This document shows, in pieces, positions 1-9,063 of a DNA stretch of 51,577 nucleotides. Made by a program: the position numbers and the translations under genes. The notes below the pieces were generated by a model. The model was not told where the DNA came from and did not search any database. It worked only from the letters and a program-made list of their open reading frames with translations. Source of the DNA: a virus (lineage: Duplodnaviria; Heunggongvirae; Uroviricota; Caudoviricetes). Position 1 is the stretch's first letter. The number at the start of each line of letters is the position of its first letter. The stretch is taken from the IMG/VR virus record IMGVR_UViG_3300046692_000385, one strand, 5' to 3'.

Positions 1-860
1 CTGGTCTTCGAATTCGTCTCGGAAGTTTTCGAATTGGTTTCCGAAGTCTTCGAATTCGTCTCGCTGGTCTTCGAGGCGTTCTGGCTGGCAAGCGCCGCTG
101 CGGCGGAAGCCGCGGCATTCACTTCGCTCGTATGGGCGTTTGCGGCGGAAGTCGAGGCACCCGAGGCGCTTCCGGCGGCCGCCGACGCGCTGGCAGTCGC
201 ATTCACGGCCTGAGTCTGGGCGTCCTTGTCGTAGTCCTGCCAGCCGGTGCTGGTGTAGACGCGCAGCAACTGCTTGGTGGTGTCGAAATATTCCGCGCCC
301 AACTGAAGCGCCGCACCGCTGTTGTCGACCGTGGGCGCCGTCGCCTTGTTGCCCAGATAGAGGGCGTTCATGGTCGTCAGGATGCCCTGCACCGTCGCGC
401 GGTCAGCCGCGGCATTGCTTGCCGAGGTCGAGGCTGCGGTTGCCGAAGTTGCCGCGGCAGTGGCCGAAGCAGCCGCCGCACCCTTGCTGGTCGCGGCGTT
501 CGTCTCGGAGGTTTTCGAGTTCGTCTCGGAAGTCTTCGAGTTCGTTTCCGACGTCTTCGCGGCATTTTGCGAAGCGAGGGCGGCTGCGGCGGAAGCGGCC
601 GAATTCGTCTCGCTGGTCGCGGCTGCGGTCTTACTGGCAGCGGAGTTTGTCTCGCTGGTCTTGGAATTCGTCTCGCTAGTCTTCGCGGCATTTTGCGAAG
701 CCAGAGCGGCTGCGGCCGAGGCGGACGAATTCGTTTCCGAGGTCTTCGAATTGGTTTCGCTGGTCTTGGCGTTGGTCTCGCTCGTCTTCGCGGCGTTCTG
801 GCTGGCAAGTGCGGCCGTCTTGCTCGCACCGGCATTGGTCTCGCTGGTTGCAGCCGCCGT
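1..860 (-). repeat. Coding heptad repeats SKTSETN/AKTSETN and AAAALASQNA in tail fibre
   Basis: 21-nt units such as gtcttcgaattcgtctcg at about 1-110 and 470-860; synonymous positions vary. Confidence 0.85.
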
Positions 861-1292
861 CTGGGAAGCCGATGCAGCGTCACGCGCAGCCAGTGCCGCA
901 ACCAGGTCGGCGCGAATCTCGTCCACCGACGCAGCCAGGCCCGATGGGCTCACCGCCGACATCAGGTCCTGGATCTTATACATCGTGTTGGTCCAGATCG
1001 CGGCCGTGCCGACGTCGCCCTGGCTGATGAGCGGCAGATTGTCCGGCACCGTGAAGTCGGTCGCAAACACGCCGGTGGCAGCCACGTTCGCGGCACCCTG
1101 GTAGGCGCCCGTGAGCTTCACGACCGTGTTCACGCCGTCGAACGTGGCGTCTTGCGCGATCACATAGGGCACGAGGTCCGGCGTGACCATGAAAATGGCG
1201 TTCTTCTTGATGCGGTAGGCCACGTTGTTGCCCGTGACCGTAACCGTCTGGGAGCCATTCGTTACCGTGCAGACCTGCTTAAGTTGTGCCAT
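1..1292 (-). CDS. Tail fibre protein, 5' part only (runs off left edge; absent from ORF track)
   Basis: ATG at 1292, open to base 1: MAQLKQVCTVTNGSQTVTVTG...; two Ala/Ser-rich blocks of (S/A)KTSETN heptads as in lambda Stf-type fibres, separated by LYLGNKATAPTVDN...YFDTTKQLLRVYTSTGWQDY. Confidence 0.85.
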   Translation of the reverse strand, partial: MAQLKQVCTVTNGSQTVTVTGNNVAYRIKKNAIFMVTPDLVPYVIAQDATFDGVNTVVKLTGAYQGAANVAATGVFATDFTVPDNLPLISQGDVGTAAIWTNTMYKIQDLMSAVSPSGLAASVDEIRADLVAALAARDAASASQTAAATSETNAGASKTAALASQNAAKTSETNAKTSETNSKTSETNSSASAAAALASQNAAKTSETNSKTSETNSAASKTAAATSETNSAASAAAALASQNAAKTSETNSKTSETNSKTSETNAATSKGAAAASATAAATSATAASTSASNAAADRATVQGILTTMNALYLGNKATAPTVDNSGAALQLGAEYFDTTKQLLRVYTSTGWQDYDKDAQTQAVNATASASAAAGSASGASTSAANAHTSEVNAAASAAAALASQNASKTSETNSKTSETNSKTSETNSKT

Positions 1293-1325
1293 GCGTCGCG
1301 CTCTGGGAGTCGTCCAAGTGGACCG

Positions 1326-1355
1326 ATTATACAGTCAGACCTGACTGTTATTCAA
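1326..1355 (-). promoter_or_regulatory. sigma70-type promoter for tail fibre with palindromic operator filling the spacer
   Basis: TTGAAT-AACAGTCAGGTCTGACTG(18)-TATAAT on minus strand; core 1333-1346. Confidence 0.8.
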
Positions 1356-1539
1356 TCTTCGGAAAAGACTCCTTTACAGCGGTGCAGTGCTCGATCCAGG
1401 CAACCGTTTCGGCTGGCAGTTCGACGCCCGATTCCTTGAGCGCGGCGAACCCCTTCATGAGCGCGTCGAGCTGGTCGCCGAGACTCATATAAGCGGCTTG
1501 GCGCAGCGGCGTCGGGTCAACTTTGTGGTGGATCTTCAT
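1348..1539 (-). CDS. Small tail-associated protein (63 aa)
   Basis: Overlap-coupled ORF between tail tip genes and fibre. Confidence 0.6.
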   Translation of the reverse strand: MKIHHKVDPTPLRQAAYMSLGDQLDALMKGFAALKESGVELPAETVAWIEHCTAVKESFPKIE

Positions 1540-1919
1540 GCTTGCGTGACCTCAAAAGTGGCGTCGAGCATCGGCCAGGCATCGACCTTGACTGTGTAGG
1601 TGCCGGGGTGACTGAAGGAAAGCTCGACCGTTGCGTCGGTGCAGGCGTGATCGACCCCTTCAACCGTCACCATGCAAGGCGCCGGCACGTTCTTGAGCGT
1701 CATGCCTTCGAGCGTGGTGGGGTTGGCGGGGCGCGCTACGACTGCGCCCTCCTTCACGTAGTGGGTCTCGGGCGTGCCGACGCCCAGCACCAGGCTGCCA
1801 CCCTCGGGCGCCGCCTGATACGCGAACATGAAGGTCGGCACACTGCCGAAGAACAGGATGCGTCCTTCGGCGTCAGCGGCGACATAGTGCGTGGCAGAAC
1901 CGTCAGAAATGATTGTCAT
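1536..1919 (-). CDS. Tail-associated hypothetical protein (127 aa)
   Basis: ATGA overlap with J stop; beta-rich C-terminus. Confidence 0.6.
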   Translation of the reverse strand: MTIISDGSATHYVAADAEGRILFFGSVPTFMFAYQAAPEGGSLVLGVGTPETHYVKEGAVVARPANPTTLEGMTLKNVPAPCMVTVEGVDHACTDATVELSFSHPGTYTVKVDAWPMLDATFEVTQA

Positions 1920-4900
1920 CGCTTGGCCTCAAAAATTGCTGTCTGGACATTGGAGACGTTTGAGCCGCTCGCGCGAATGCTCACCGTGTAGGCGCCGTTC
2001 ATGCCAGTGATGCGCATGAAGGAACTCGCCCGATCGCCCCGGTCGTTACTGATCGCCAGGTATTGACCATTGACCGTCACCGTGGCAGAGCCCGCCTGGT
2101 TGGAACCGGTGGTCGAGTTATACATGCCGCAGTTCGCCGAGATGAACACCAGGACGTCGCCGCCCGAGGCGTAATAGGTCGGGTCGCCCGTGCCGCCCCA
2201 CGACGCCATTGTCGTCACGGCGTTGCCGGCGATACGCAGCGTGTCGATCTGGGCGGTGCCGATGTGGGCGGTCTGGATCTGTGCCGAGCCGATCTTCGCC
2301 GCCGTGATCTGCGCGTCACCGATCTTCGCGGTGTTGATCGCCGCGTCGCCGATGATGGCGCTGTTGATGATCACCTGCGGGTTGCCGTAGACCGCACCCA
2401 CCGTGAACGGCCGGATGCCCGGGTAGCCCGGAAGCTGGATCGAGAAGGTGTCCGCGCGCACGGCGAACTCGCTCACGATGCCCTGACCCACCGGATACGA
2501 GGCGAGACCGAAGCCCGACACGTAGCCATTGTTGTCGATCTTGACCGTGTATTGCGCGTTCAGGCCGCCGATCGAACTCCAGGCGCTCGAAATCGAGGCG
2601 GTGTTGGAGTCCACCTTCGAATTCACCTGCGTGGTGTAGTTCGCTTGCGCCGTGTCGCCCGCTGCGCGCGCGCTGATTTCGGTCTGCACGTTCGCATTGG
2701 TCGTGCCGAGCGACGCATTGACGCTATCGATGCGGGTCGAGAGCGCCCCGTCTGCGCTCGCGCGGGCGGTCTGCTCGGTGCTGATCGCGGCCATTGCCGG
2801 CTGCGTGATCGAGGCCGGGCGCCATTCGACGTCCGTGAAATACCAGCGGTTGGCGTCGTCGGTGCCCGTGATGTTGATGTTGATCCAGAGCTCCGCCTGC
2901 ACGTAGCCGGCGGGGATCGTCACGGAACCGGCGATGCGCGTCCAGGTCTTGGTCGCAGCGAGCGTGGCGGCCGGCATGAAGGCCGCGGTGCCGGAGCTGG
3001 TCAGCAGGCGCAGGCCAAGCGTGAGCGTGGCGGCCGCGACTGGGGTTGCGGCGTTGAGCTCCAGGTAGTGCTGCTGGCCCGGTGTCACGTCCACGATACG
3101 GCCGGTGAAAAGGCTGTCGCGCTGGTTCTGCTTGAAGACGTTCGCCGCCGGCGCCCCGGAAGGCACGTCGGAGAGCGTCTTGCTCATCACCGTGAGACCC
3201 GACCAGCCGGTCGTGCCGTTGCTGCCGACCGGGTTCGCGCAGAGGTTGGTCGGATCGACGCCGAAGCTTGCCGCGACGGTCGTGATCTGAGTCGCGAGTG
3301 CGCTGTCGGCCGCGGTCCGCGCGTCCGCTTCCACCTGCACCGCTGCCGTGTTGCTGCCGGTGTTGGCCGCTACCAGGTCAATGCGGGTCGAGAGCGCGCT
3401 GTCGGCGGAGGTGCGCGCGTTGGTCTCGGTCGTGATCAACGCGGTGTTGCCGCTCGTCTGCGAGGCGACCGTATCGATGCGGGTCGACAGTGCCCCGTCG
3501 GCCGTGGCGCGCGTCGTCTGCTCGCTCTGGATCAGCGCGGCGTTGCTGCCGGCGGAGGCCGAGACCGTCGCGATCTGGGAGGCGAGGCTGTCGGTCGCGC
3601 TCTGGCGAATCGTCTGCTCGGCGGTGATCGCGGTGGTCAGGTTGCTGGAGAGCAGCGTCTTGGCCGTGTTCACGCGCTCGTTGACCGAACCGATGATCGA
3701 GGCCGGTGCGTCCACCAGGTTGATACGCGTCTGGAGTGCCGGGATCAGTTGCGAGTCCTTGAGCACGCCAGCGGCGATCGCGTTCACGTCCATGTAGGGC
3801 GTGACGAAGTGAAACTCCTGCGACGGGATCGTCTCGTCCAGCCCGAACGCATCGTAGGGCACGATGTGGAAGTAATAGTCGGAGTTGAACATCAGGTTGG
3901 TGAGCAACACCGATGTATCCGGGCCGTCATAGGCCGGCACCGTCGACACTTCCAAATCGTTGATCCAGCGCAGGTAAATCTGGGCGCCCGCGTAGTCCGA
4001 ATCGTCCGTGTGGACGAAGTTGATCTGCACGCGATCGTAGGCGGGCGAGACCGTGACCGCGCTCACCTGCGGCGGCGGGTTGTAGGCATCGAGCACCGCG
4101 GGGCTGCCGATATGGTTGAAAATGTCGCGCGCGGCGATCTCGAACGTCAGGCGCCGGTGCGTGCCGTCGGCGACGTTCTTTTCAAACGTGTAGATGTAGG
4201 AATTGTCGGTCGTGTGCTCGGTGCGCAGGAGCTTGTGGCTCGAGTCGTAGACCCGGACCTCGTAGTCCTGGAAGTGCGGGTCGCGCGTGCCCGAGTCGGC
4301 GCCGTTCGCCTCACTGCCGAATTCGAAGGAGCTCGTGACCGAGTTGTAGTTCCAGTAAAGCTTGCAGTCGCGGCCTGCCCACACGAAGTCAGCGCCCGAG
4401 ACATCGGCGACGGCGATGTTGCCGACGTAGCCGATCACCGTGTAGCTCTGGGTCGGCGCGTTGTCGTATGCCGCGCGCTTGCCCCAGACGTCGTAGGCCA
4501 CGACCTTCACCGTGATCTTGTCACCGGCGGCGAGCCCCGAGATGACGCAGCTTGTCGCCGCAGCCACCGACCGGTAGAGCGAGTAGCCGGAGCCGTTGAC
4601 CGCCATATAGACGTCGGCGCCCGCATACGAGCCCACCTGCGGCGTGTCCCAGGCCGCGCGCACGTCCGAGAGGATCTGGGTGCCCGAGACGTAGGTTTCC
4701 TCATACACGGAGAGCGACAGCACCTCGCTGATCGCCGCAGCCTCTGCAGGCAGGGTCGGCGCGACCAGGGTGGAGGTCACATCGTCGTAGCTGGAGAGGT
4801 CATAGACCGCCTCGTTGTATTCGAGCGCGGTGATGTGGCGGTTCAGGCTCGAGGTCGCGAGCGTGATCGACTTCACACGGAAAGGCTTTTTGACCTTCGT

Positions 4901-7663
4901 CGCCTCGCCGAACATGTAGTTGGTGAACTGCTCGGGCGCGTAGGAGAGGCCGCTCTTGAGCGTGATCGTGTCGGTGGTGCCAGCGACCGTCATGACGTCC
5001 GCGTCCGTTACCACGTCCGTGTCGAAGAGTGTCGCCATCTGGCCCGCGGCGAACCCCGTCACGTCATCGACGTAGACCCCATCGGGCACCATCGAGAGAA
5101 TCGACGTCTCCTGACCGCCCGCGGCGCGGATGCGGTTCACGCGCACGGCCGAATTCACGCCACCGACGATCTGCACGAAGTTGCCGATCACCGACTGCAC
5201 GATCGGGGTTCCGCGCACGACGTAGTTCGTGAGCAAGAGCACCTTGTAGTTCTTGCCCGCGTCCATCGAGACGGGCTTGTCGAGCTTCAAGACGCTTGCG
5301 GTGGACCCGACTTCGAGTCGTCCCGACTGCGCCCAGTTCGGCATGTCGTGTTGCACCAGAATCACATCGCCCGGCGTGCAGGCGATTGCTTCGAGCGGCG
5401 CGTCGAACGAGACCGTCTGCGAGAGATAGCGATTCAGGTTCAACTGGAACGCGCCTTCCTTGTAGGCGGTCGTGATGTTGTCCACGCCATAGAGCGTGAT
5501 GGCCGAAGGGTTTTGCTTCTTGCCCGATTGCGCGAGCGTCGGGTCCACTACCTTGACGGTGTGGGCCTTGTTGTAGTCGTTCTTGTCGTAATAGGTAACA
5601 TCGATCTCGGTGGCGCGATCGTTCTGCCCAAGCCACGTCATCTTGAACGTGTCTTTGACGATGTTGCCCATGCCGAACATCATCACCGGCTCGGAGGGCG
5701 CTTCGGTTGCCACGTAAAAGCGCGTGCCGACCTGGATCACCTGGGCGTGACCCACGCGCAGGATGAGCGCGGAGGCGTCCCAGAAGGTCATCGTCTGGTC
5801 AAGCGGCCCGTTCCAGGTGAGCCCGGCGCTGGTGCAATAGCTCGCCCACGCATAGACCGAATCCATGTCGATGCGCGCGAGGTCGATGCCCGCGCCGTAG
5901 ATCGGGTTGGTTGCCGCGTCGAGCCAGATCCAGGCCGGATTGGTCGAGGGCAACTGCGAGGTGGTCTGCGAGCCATCGCTGCGCTGGTAGACCGTGATCA
6001 GCTTGCCGCCGTGCAGGAACGAGACAGTCGGCACGCCCGAGAGCTGGTCGTCCATCTGCACGCGGATCGCCAGCAGCGCCGTGTGGTTGTAGGCCACCTC
6101 GTCGAAGGTAATTTCGTTCAGGTCCGTCAGATACGTGTCCGACTGGGACGTGTCGCTCGTGTCGGTCGGAAACGACGTCAGCACGCCGTTGCCTGACGGG
6201 TCGTAGGTCTGAATCGAGTAGTTCACGTCGCGGCGGATACGGAACTCGTATTTGCCCATCGTGAGCTGCGGCGAGGTGAAGCTGCGCCGAACCGTCGAGC
6301 GCAGGTTGTCGGTGATGTGCAGATCGGACGAGGAGCCCGTCGTTTGCACCGTCATCGACACGCCTGCGGGGGTCGCGGCGATGGCGCTGCCCGGCCACGC
6401 GACGAGCGTGCGCCCGACGTAGCCGCCGTATTTGTTATAGGCGGCCGTCACCTGAGCAGCGGAGCCGTTCGCGCCGTCGCTCTGGAACACCGTGAGGCCG
6501 TCGATGGTCAGGAACTCGGCGTTCTCCGGCATCGTCTGGATCGTGAGACCGTTGACCGTCGGGTAGACGATCACGTTCGAGTAGCTGGTCTCCGTGTCCG
6601 AGCCCATCGGCACCCAGTCGCTCTCCTTGGTGCTGCCATACGGGCGGTATTGAACGTTGAGGGAGACCGAGTTCGATTCGAACGAACCGTTCTTCTTGTT
6701 GACCGAATACAGGCCCGAGGGGCAGTTGAAGTCCAGGCGCACCTGTTCGACTTCAGAGAGCGTCGAGGTCGAGATCCACGAGCCGTCCGAAGGCAGCATG
6801 ATCTGCTTGCTGACCGGGCTGATGACCTTGTTGAACCAGTCGATCGGCGCTTGCGTGCTGTAGCCCAGACGCGTCTGGGTGGTCACGTTGGCGAATTCGC
6901 TGATCGCGCGCCCATTCAACTGAATGTCGGAGATGCCGGCGATCGGCCCCTCCCCGGCATTGATCAGCATGTAGAGGAACTGGTTGTTGCCGTTGTTCGC
7001 CGCGTCCGAGCCGCTCGTATTCGCCTCGGTAAACATCCCGATGATGTTGCCGGCCGTGCGAAAGCCGTTGCCGTAGACGACGGGCACCGGAATGCCTTCG
7101 GAGCTGGTGTTTTTTGCGCCGTCCGCGCCGTAGCTTGCCGAGTTGCTGATGCTGGAGGCGCCCGAGGTGGAGGCAGCCGGCAGGAGCGCGTTCACGAGCA
7201 GCGAGCCCGCGATCGAGACCACCATCGAGGCGGCCATGCCGGCGACCATCATGCCGGTGGTCGTCACGCCCGCAGCCACACCCGTTGCCGCGCCGTAGGC
7301 GGCCATTGCGAGCCCGCCCGTGTAGACCGCAGCAATGGCAACCGCAATCATGCCGACGATACGGAAGATGCCCTTACCACCACCGCCACGCGGAATCGGG
7401 CACATCACCACGTAGTCGTCGGGCTGCGGGTAGGTCTTGGCAAGCACCGCGTGCGGGACGATGCCGCCATTCATCGAGATGACGTAATCCTCGGCGAACA
7501 CCTGCGGCAGATAGGCGGCCAGCGACTTGTTCTTCCGGTAGGGCCACTTGTCGACTTCGATGGCGCGAAACGGCTCAAACGGATTGGTAATCCGCTTGAC
7601 CGTGATGAACTTCTTTTCGCGCGCCTTAGTGGCTTTGCGGGGCTTGGCTGTCGCTGTATTCAT
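1916..7663 (-). CDS. Central tail fibre / host-specificity protein (lambda J-like) with N-terminal tail-assembly I-like segment
   Basis: About 1915 aa; hydrophobic GMIAVAIAAVYTGG segment, IPVPVVYG and EGPIAG motifs, FN3-like region, EQTARASADxALSTRIDTV repeats, YTVKIDNNGYVSGFGLA...FAVRADTF (DUF1983-like), AxIxxAKI pentapeptides; start chosen at MNTAT (7663), track start 7696. Confidence 0.88.
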   Translation of the reverse strand: MNTATAKPRKATKAREKKFITVKRITNPFEPFRAIEVDKWPYRKNKSLAAYLPQVFAEDYVISMNGGIVPHAVLAKTYPQPDDYVVMCPIPRGGGGKGIFRIVGMIAVAIAAVYTGGLAMAAYGAATGVAAGVTTTGMMVAGMAASMVVSIAGSLLVNALLPAASTSGASSISNSASYGADGAKNTSSEGIPVPVVYGNGFRTAGNIIGMFTEANTSGSDAANNGNNQFLYMLINAGEGPIAGISDIQLNGRAISEFANVTTQTRLGYSTQAPIDWFNKVISPVSKQIMLPSDGSWISTSTLSEVEQVRLDFNCPSGLYSVNKKNGSFESNSVSLNVQYRPYGSTKESDWVPMGSDTETSYSNVIVYPTVNGLTIQTMPENAEFLTIDGLTVFQSDGANGSAAQVTAAYNKYGGYVGRTLVAWPGSAIAATPAGVSMTVQTTGSSSDLHITDNLRSTVRRSFTSPQLTMGKYEFRIRRDVNYSIQTYDPSGNGVLTSFPTDTSDTSQSDTYLTDLNEITFDEVAYNHTALLAIRVQMDDQLSGVPTVSFLHGGKLITVYQRSDGSQTTSQLPSTNPAWIWLDAATNPIYGAGIDLARIDMDSVYAWASYCTSAGLTWNGPLDQTMTFWDASALILRVGHAQVIQVGTRFYVATEAPSEPVMMFGMGNIVKDTFKMTWLGQNDRATEIDVTYYDKNDYNKAHTVKVVDPTLAQSGKKQNPSAITLYGVDNITTAYKEGAFQLNLNRYLSQTVSFDAPLEAIACTPGDVILVQHDMPNWAQSGRLEVGSTASVLKLDKPVSMDAGKNYKVLLLTNYVVRGTPIVQSVIGNFVQIVGGVNSAVRVNRIRAAGGQETSILSMVPDGVYVDDVTGFAAGQMATLFDTDVVTDADVMTVAGTTDTITLKSGLSYAPEQFTNYMFGEATKVKKPFRVKSITLATSSLNRHITALEYNEAVYDLSSYDDVTSTLVAPTLPAEAAAISEVLSLSVYEETYVSGTQILSDVRAAWDTPQVGSYAGADVYMAVNGSGYSLYRSVAAATSCVISGLAAGDKITVKVVAYDVWGKRAAYDNAPTQSYTVIGYVGNIAVADVSGADFVWAGRDCKLYWNYNSVTSSFEFGSEANGADSGTRDPHFQDYEVRVYDSSHKLLRTEHTTDNSYIYTFEKNVADGTHRRLTFEIAARDIFNHIGSPAVLDAYNPPPQVSAVTVSPAYDRVQINFVHTDDSDYAGAQIYLRWINDLEVSTVPAYDGPDTSVLLTNLMFNSDYYFHIVPYDAFGLDETIPSQEFHFVTPYMDVNAIAAGVLKDSQLIPALQTRINLVDAPASIIGSVNERVNTAKTLLSSNLTTAITAEQTIRQSATDSLASQIATVSASAGSNAALIQSEQTTRATADGALSTRIDTVASQTSGNTALITTETNARTSADSALSTRIDLVAANTGSNTAAVQVEADARTAADSALATQITTVAASFGVDPTNLCANPVGSNGTTGWSGLTVMSKTLSDVPSGAPAANVFKQNQRDSLFTGRIVDVTPGQQHYLELNAATPVAAATLTLGLRLLTSSGTAAFMPAATLAATKTWTRIAGSVTIPAGYVQAELWININITGTDDANRWYFTDVEWRPASITQPAMAAISTEQTARASADGALSTRIDSVNASLGTTNANVQTEISARAAGDTAQANYTTQVNSKVDSNTASISSAWSSIGGLNAQYTVKIDNNGYVSGFGLASYPVGQGIVSEFAVRADTFSIQLPGYPGIRPFTVGAVYGNPQVIINSAIIGDAAINTAKIGDAQITAAKIGSAQIQTAHIGTAQIDTLRIAGNAVTTMASWGGTGDPTYYASGGDVLVFISANCGMYNSTTGSNQAGSATVTVNGQYLAISNDRGDRASSFMRITGMNGAYTVSIRASGSNVSNVQTAIFEAKR

Positions 7664-8021
7664 AAAATCCGACGATCCGTTGCTTCCAGTGGTCAAGGCG
7701 CTCTGTCACCACGCCCCCGGATTGCTCCCAGGTGTGGATAAAGCGAGAGTCAGTAATGACTATTCCGCAGTGCGCGATAAAGCGCCCTGTTTTGAACATG
7801 ACGAGCGCGCCGACCTTCGGGTGGTCCAGGCGCTTCCAGAATTCGCGCGAGCCCACCATCAGCGCGTGAATCATCCCCGCGTCCTCGGGTGCGCCGTAGT
7901 CAGGGACCGTGATGCCCTGATCGCGCTCGATGATGTAGCGGCACAGCCCGTAACAGTCGAACTTGTCCGGGCCGCGCGCACCACGCTCGAAGGGAATGCC
8001 TATCAGTTCCGCGTTCGTCAT
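7626..8021 (-). CDS. NlpC/P60 tail tip protein (lambda K-like)
   Basis: GPDKFDCYGL catalytic Cys motif, HCGIV and FIHTW His motifs. Confidence 0.88.
   Translation of the reverse strand: MTNAELIGIPFERGARGPDKFDCYGLCRYIIERDQGITVPDYGAPEDAGMIHALMVGSREFWKRLDHPKVGALVMFKTGRFIAHCGIVITDSRFIHTWEQSGGVVTERLDHWKQRIVGFYEYSDSQAPQSH
7748..7761. promoter_or_regulatory. Operator palindrome inside NlpC/P60 coding sequence
   Basis: AGTCAGTAATGACT, perfect core, about 85 nt upstream of the J start. Confidence 0.55.
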
Positions 8022-8025
8022 TTTG

Positions 8026-8052
8026 GATAGTCAGTATTGACTATCATTTTAG
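8026..8052 (-). promoter_or_regulatory. Operator and candidate -10 upstream of NlpC/P60
   Basis: TAAAAT followed by GATAGTCAATACTGACTATC (8-bp arms). Confidence 0.7.
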
Positions 8053-8684
8053 CGGTAAATCGAGCCCGAGGGAACCAATGAAGGCATGCCCCCGAAATTC
8101 ACCACGTTGCTGTGTGCGCGGCAGCCGAGCGTGCCATCGAGCGTGTGGTCGCAGGTGCCCAGCGAACCCGAGTAGCGGCAGGTGTTGACGTCCTTGTAGA
8201 CCCACGGGCAGAAGTCGCGGCGCTGCACGCGCTTCGGGAACTGCCGGGTGAGTGCGTTCTCCGCGCCGAGCGTGAAGGTGACTTCGTAGTTGGTGGCGCT
8301 CGCGGCGGTCACTTCGAAATACTCGGCCACTTCCGGGTCGCCGTTGAGGTTGTTCGAGGCATAGACCGAGATCCTCACGTTGAACCCCACCCCGCCCGAG
8401 TAGGCGTCCATCTTCGAGAGCACGGTCTGCGTGTAGTCGGCAAAGGAGAGCGAGATCGAGGGCGTTTCGCCGGAGGCGGCCGACAGCTCGATCGCGAACT
8501 GAATTGCCATGTAGGTCTGCCCACCTACCACCACGTCTTCGGTGTTGTTCACGTAACGCAGCGTTTCCAGCACCGCGCCTGTTACCGGGTCCGGCACCTC
8601 GATGTCCAGAAGCGCGAGGTAGGCCACATCGGAGGCGATGCGGTTTTTCTCGATAACGGACGCGACGGAGATCTTGTTTGCCAT
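8049..8684 (-). CDS. Minor tail protein (lambda L-like hub)
   Basis: C-terminal four-Cys pattern CPWVYKD..C..GTC......C; position between distal tail and NlpC genes. Confidence 0.8.
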   Translation of the reverse strand: MANKISVASVIEKNRIASDVAYLALLDIEVPDPVTGAVLETLRYVNNTEDVVVGGQTYMAIQFAIELSAASGETPSISLSFADYTQTVLSKMDAYSGGVGFNVRISVYASNNLNGDPEVAEYFEVTAASATNYEVTFTLGAENALTRQFPKRVQRRDFCPWVYKDVNTCRYSGSLGTCDHTLDGTLGCRAHSNVVNFGGMPSLVPSGSIYR

Positions 8685-8687
8685 GTC

Positions 8688-9053
8688 TTAGGCCTCTTGC
8701 ACTTTGAAGGAGACGTCGTAAAGGTTGGTGCCGCCGTAGCCCGAGTAGGAGAACTGGAGCTGCGTATCGGTCGTAAAGCGCACCGCCACCACCGTTTTGT
8801 CGGTGGGGTTGGTCCAGTTGAAGATCAGCGAGCCGCCGTAGCAGGAGTCGAAAAACGCCTGCAACGCGGTCTTTTGCGCTTCGTTGAGGGCGGTAAAGCC
8901 CGAGGTGAAGGTCTTGCGCGGTCGGCGCGTGTGACGCGGGCGCGTCGAGACGTAGCCGCCCTCCGCCGAGGTGGCGACCGCCGTGTTTTCCTGCTGAACC
9001 CCGTATTTGCTGGAGTCCTGCAGATCCATGAAAGGCATCGTTGCGTAGCTCAT
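8688..9053 (-). CDS. Distal tail protein (lambda M-like)
   Basis: 121 aa directly after tape measure; GGYVSTRPR, F+WTNP pattern. Confidence 0.72.
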   Translation of the reverse strand: MSYATMPFMDLQDSSKYGVQQENTAVATSAEGGYVSTRPRHTRRPRKTFTSGFTALNEAQKTALQAFFDSCYGGSLIFNWTNPTDKTVVAVRFTTDTQLQFSYSGYGGTNLYDVSFKVQEA

Positions 9054-9063
9054 GCGCGGTTCC

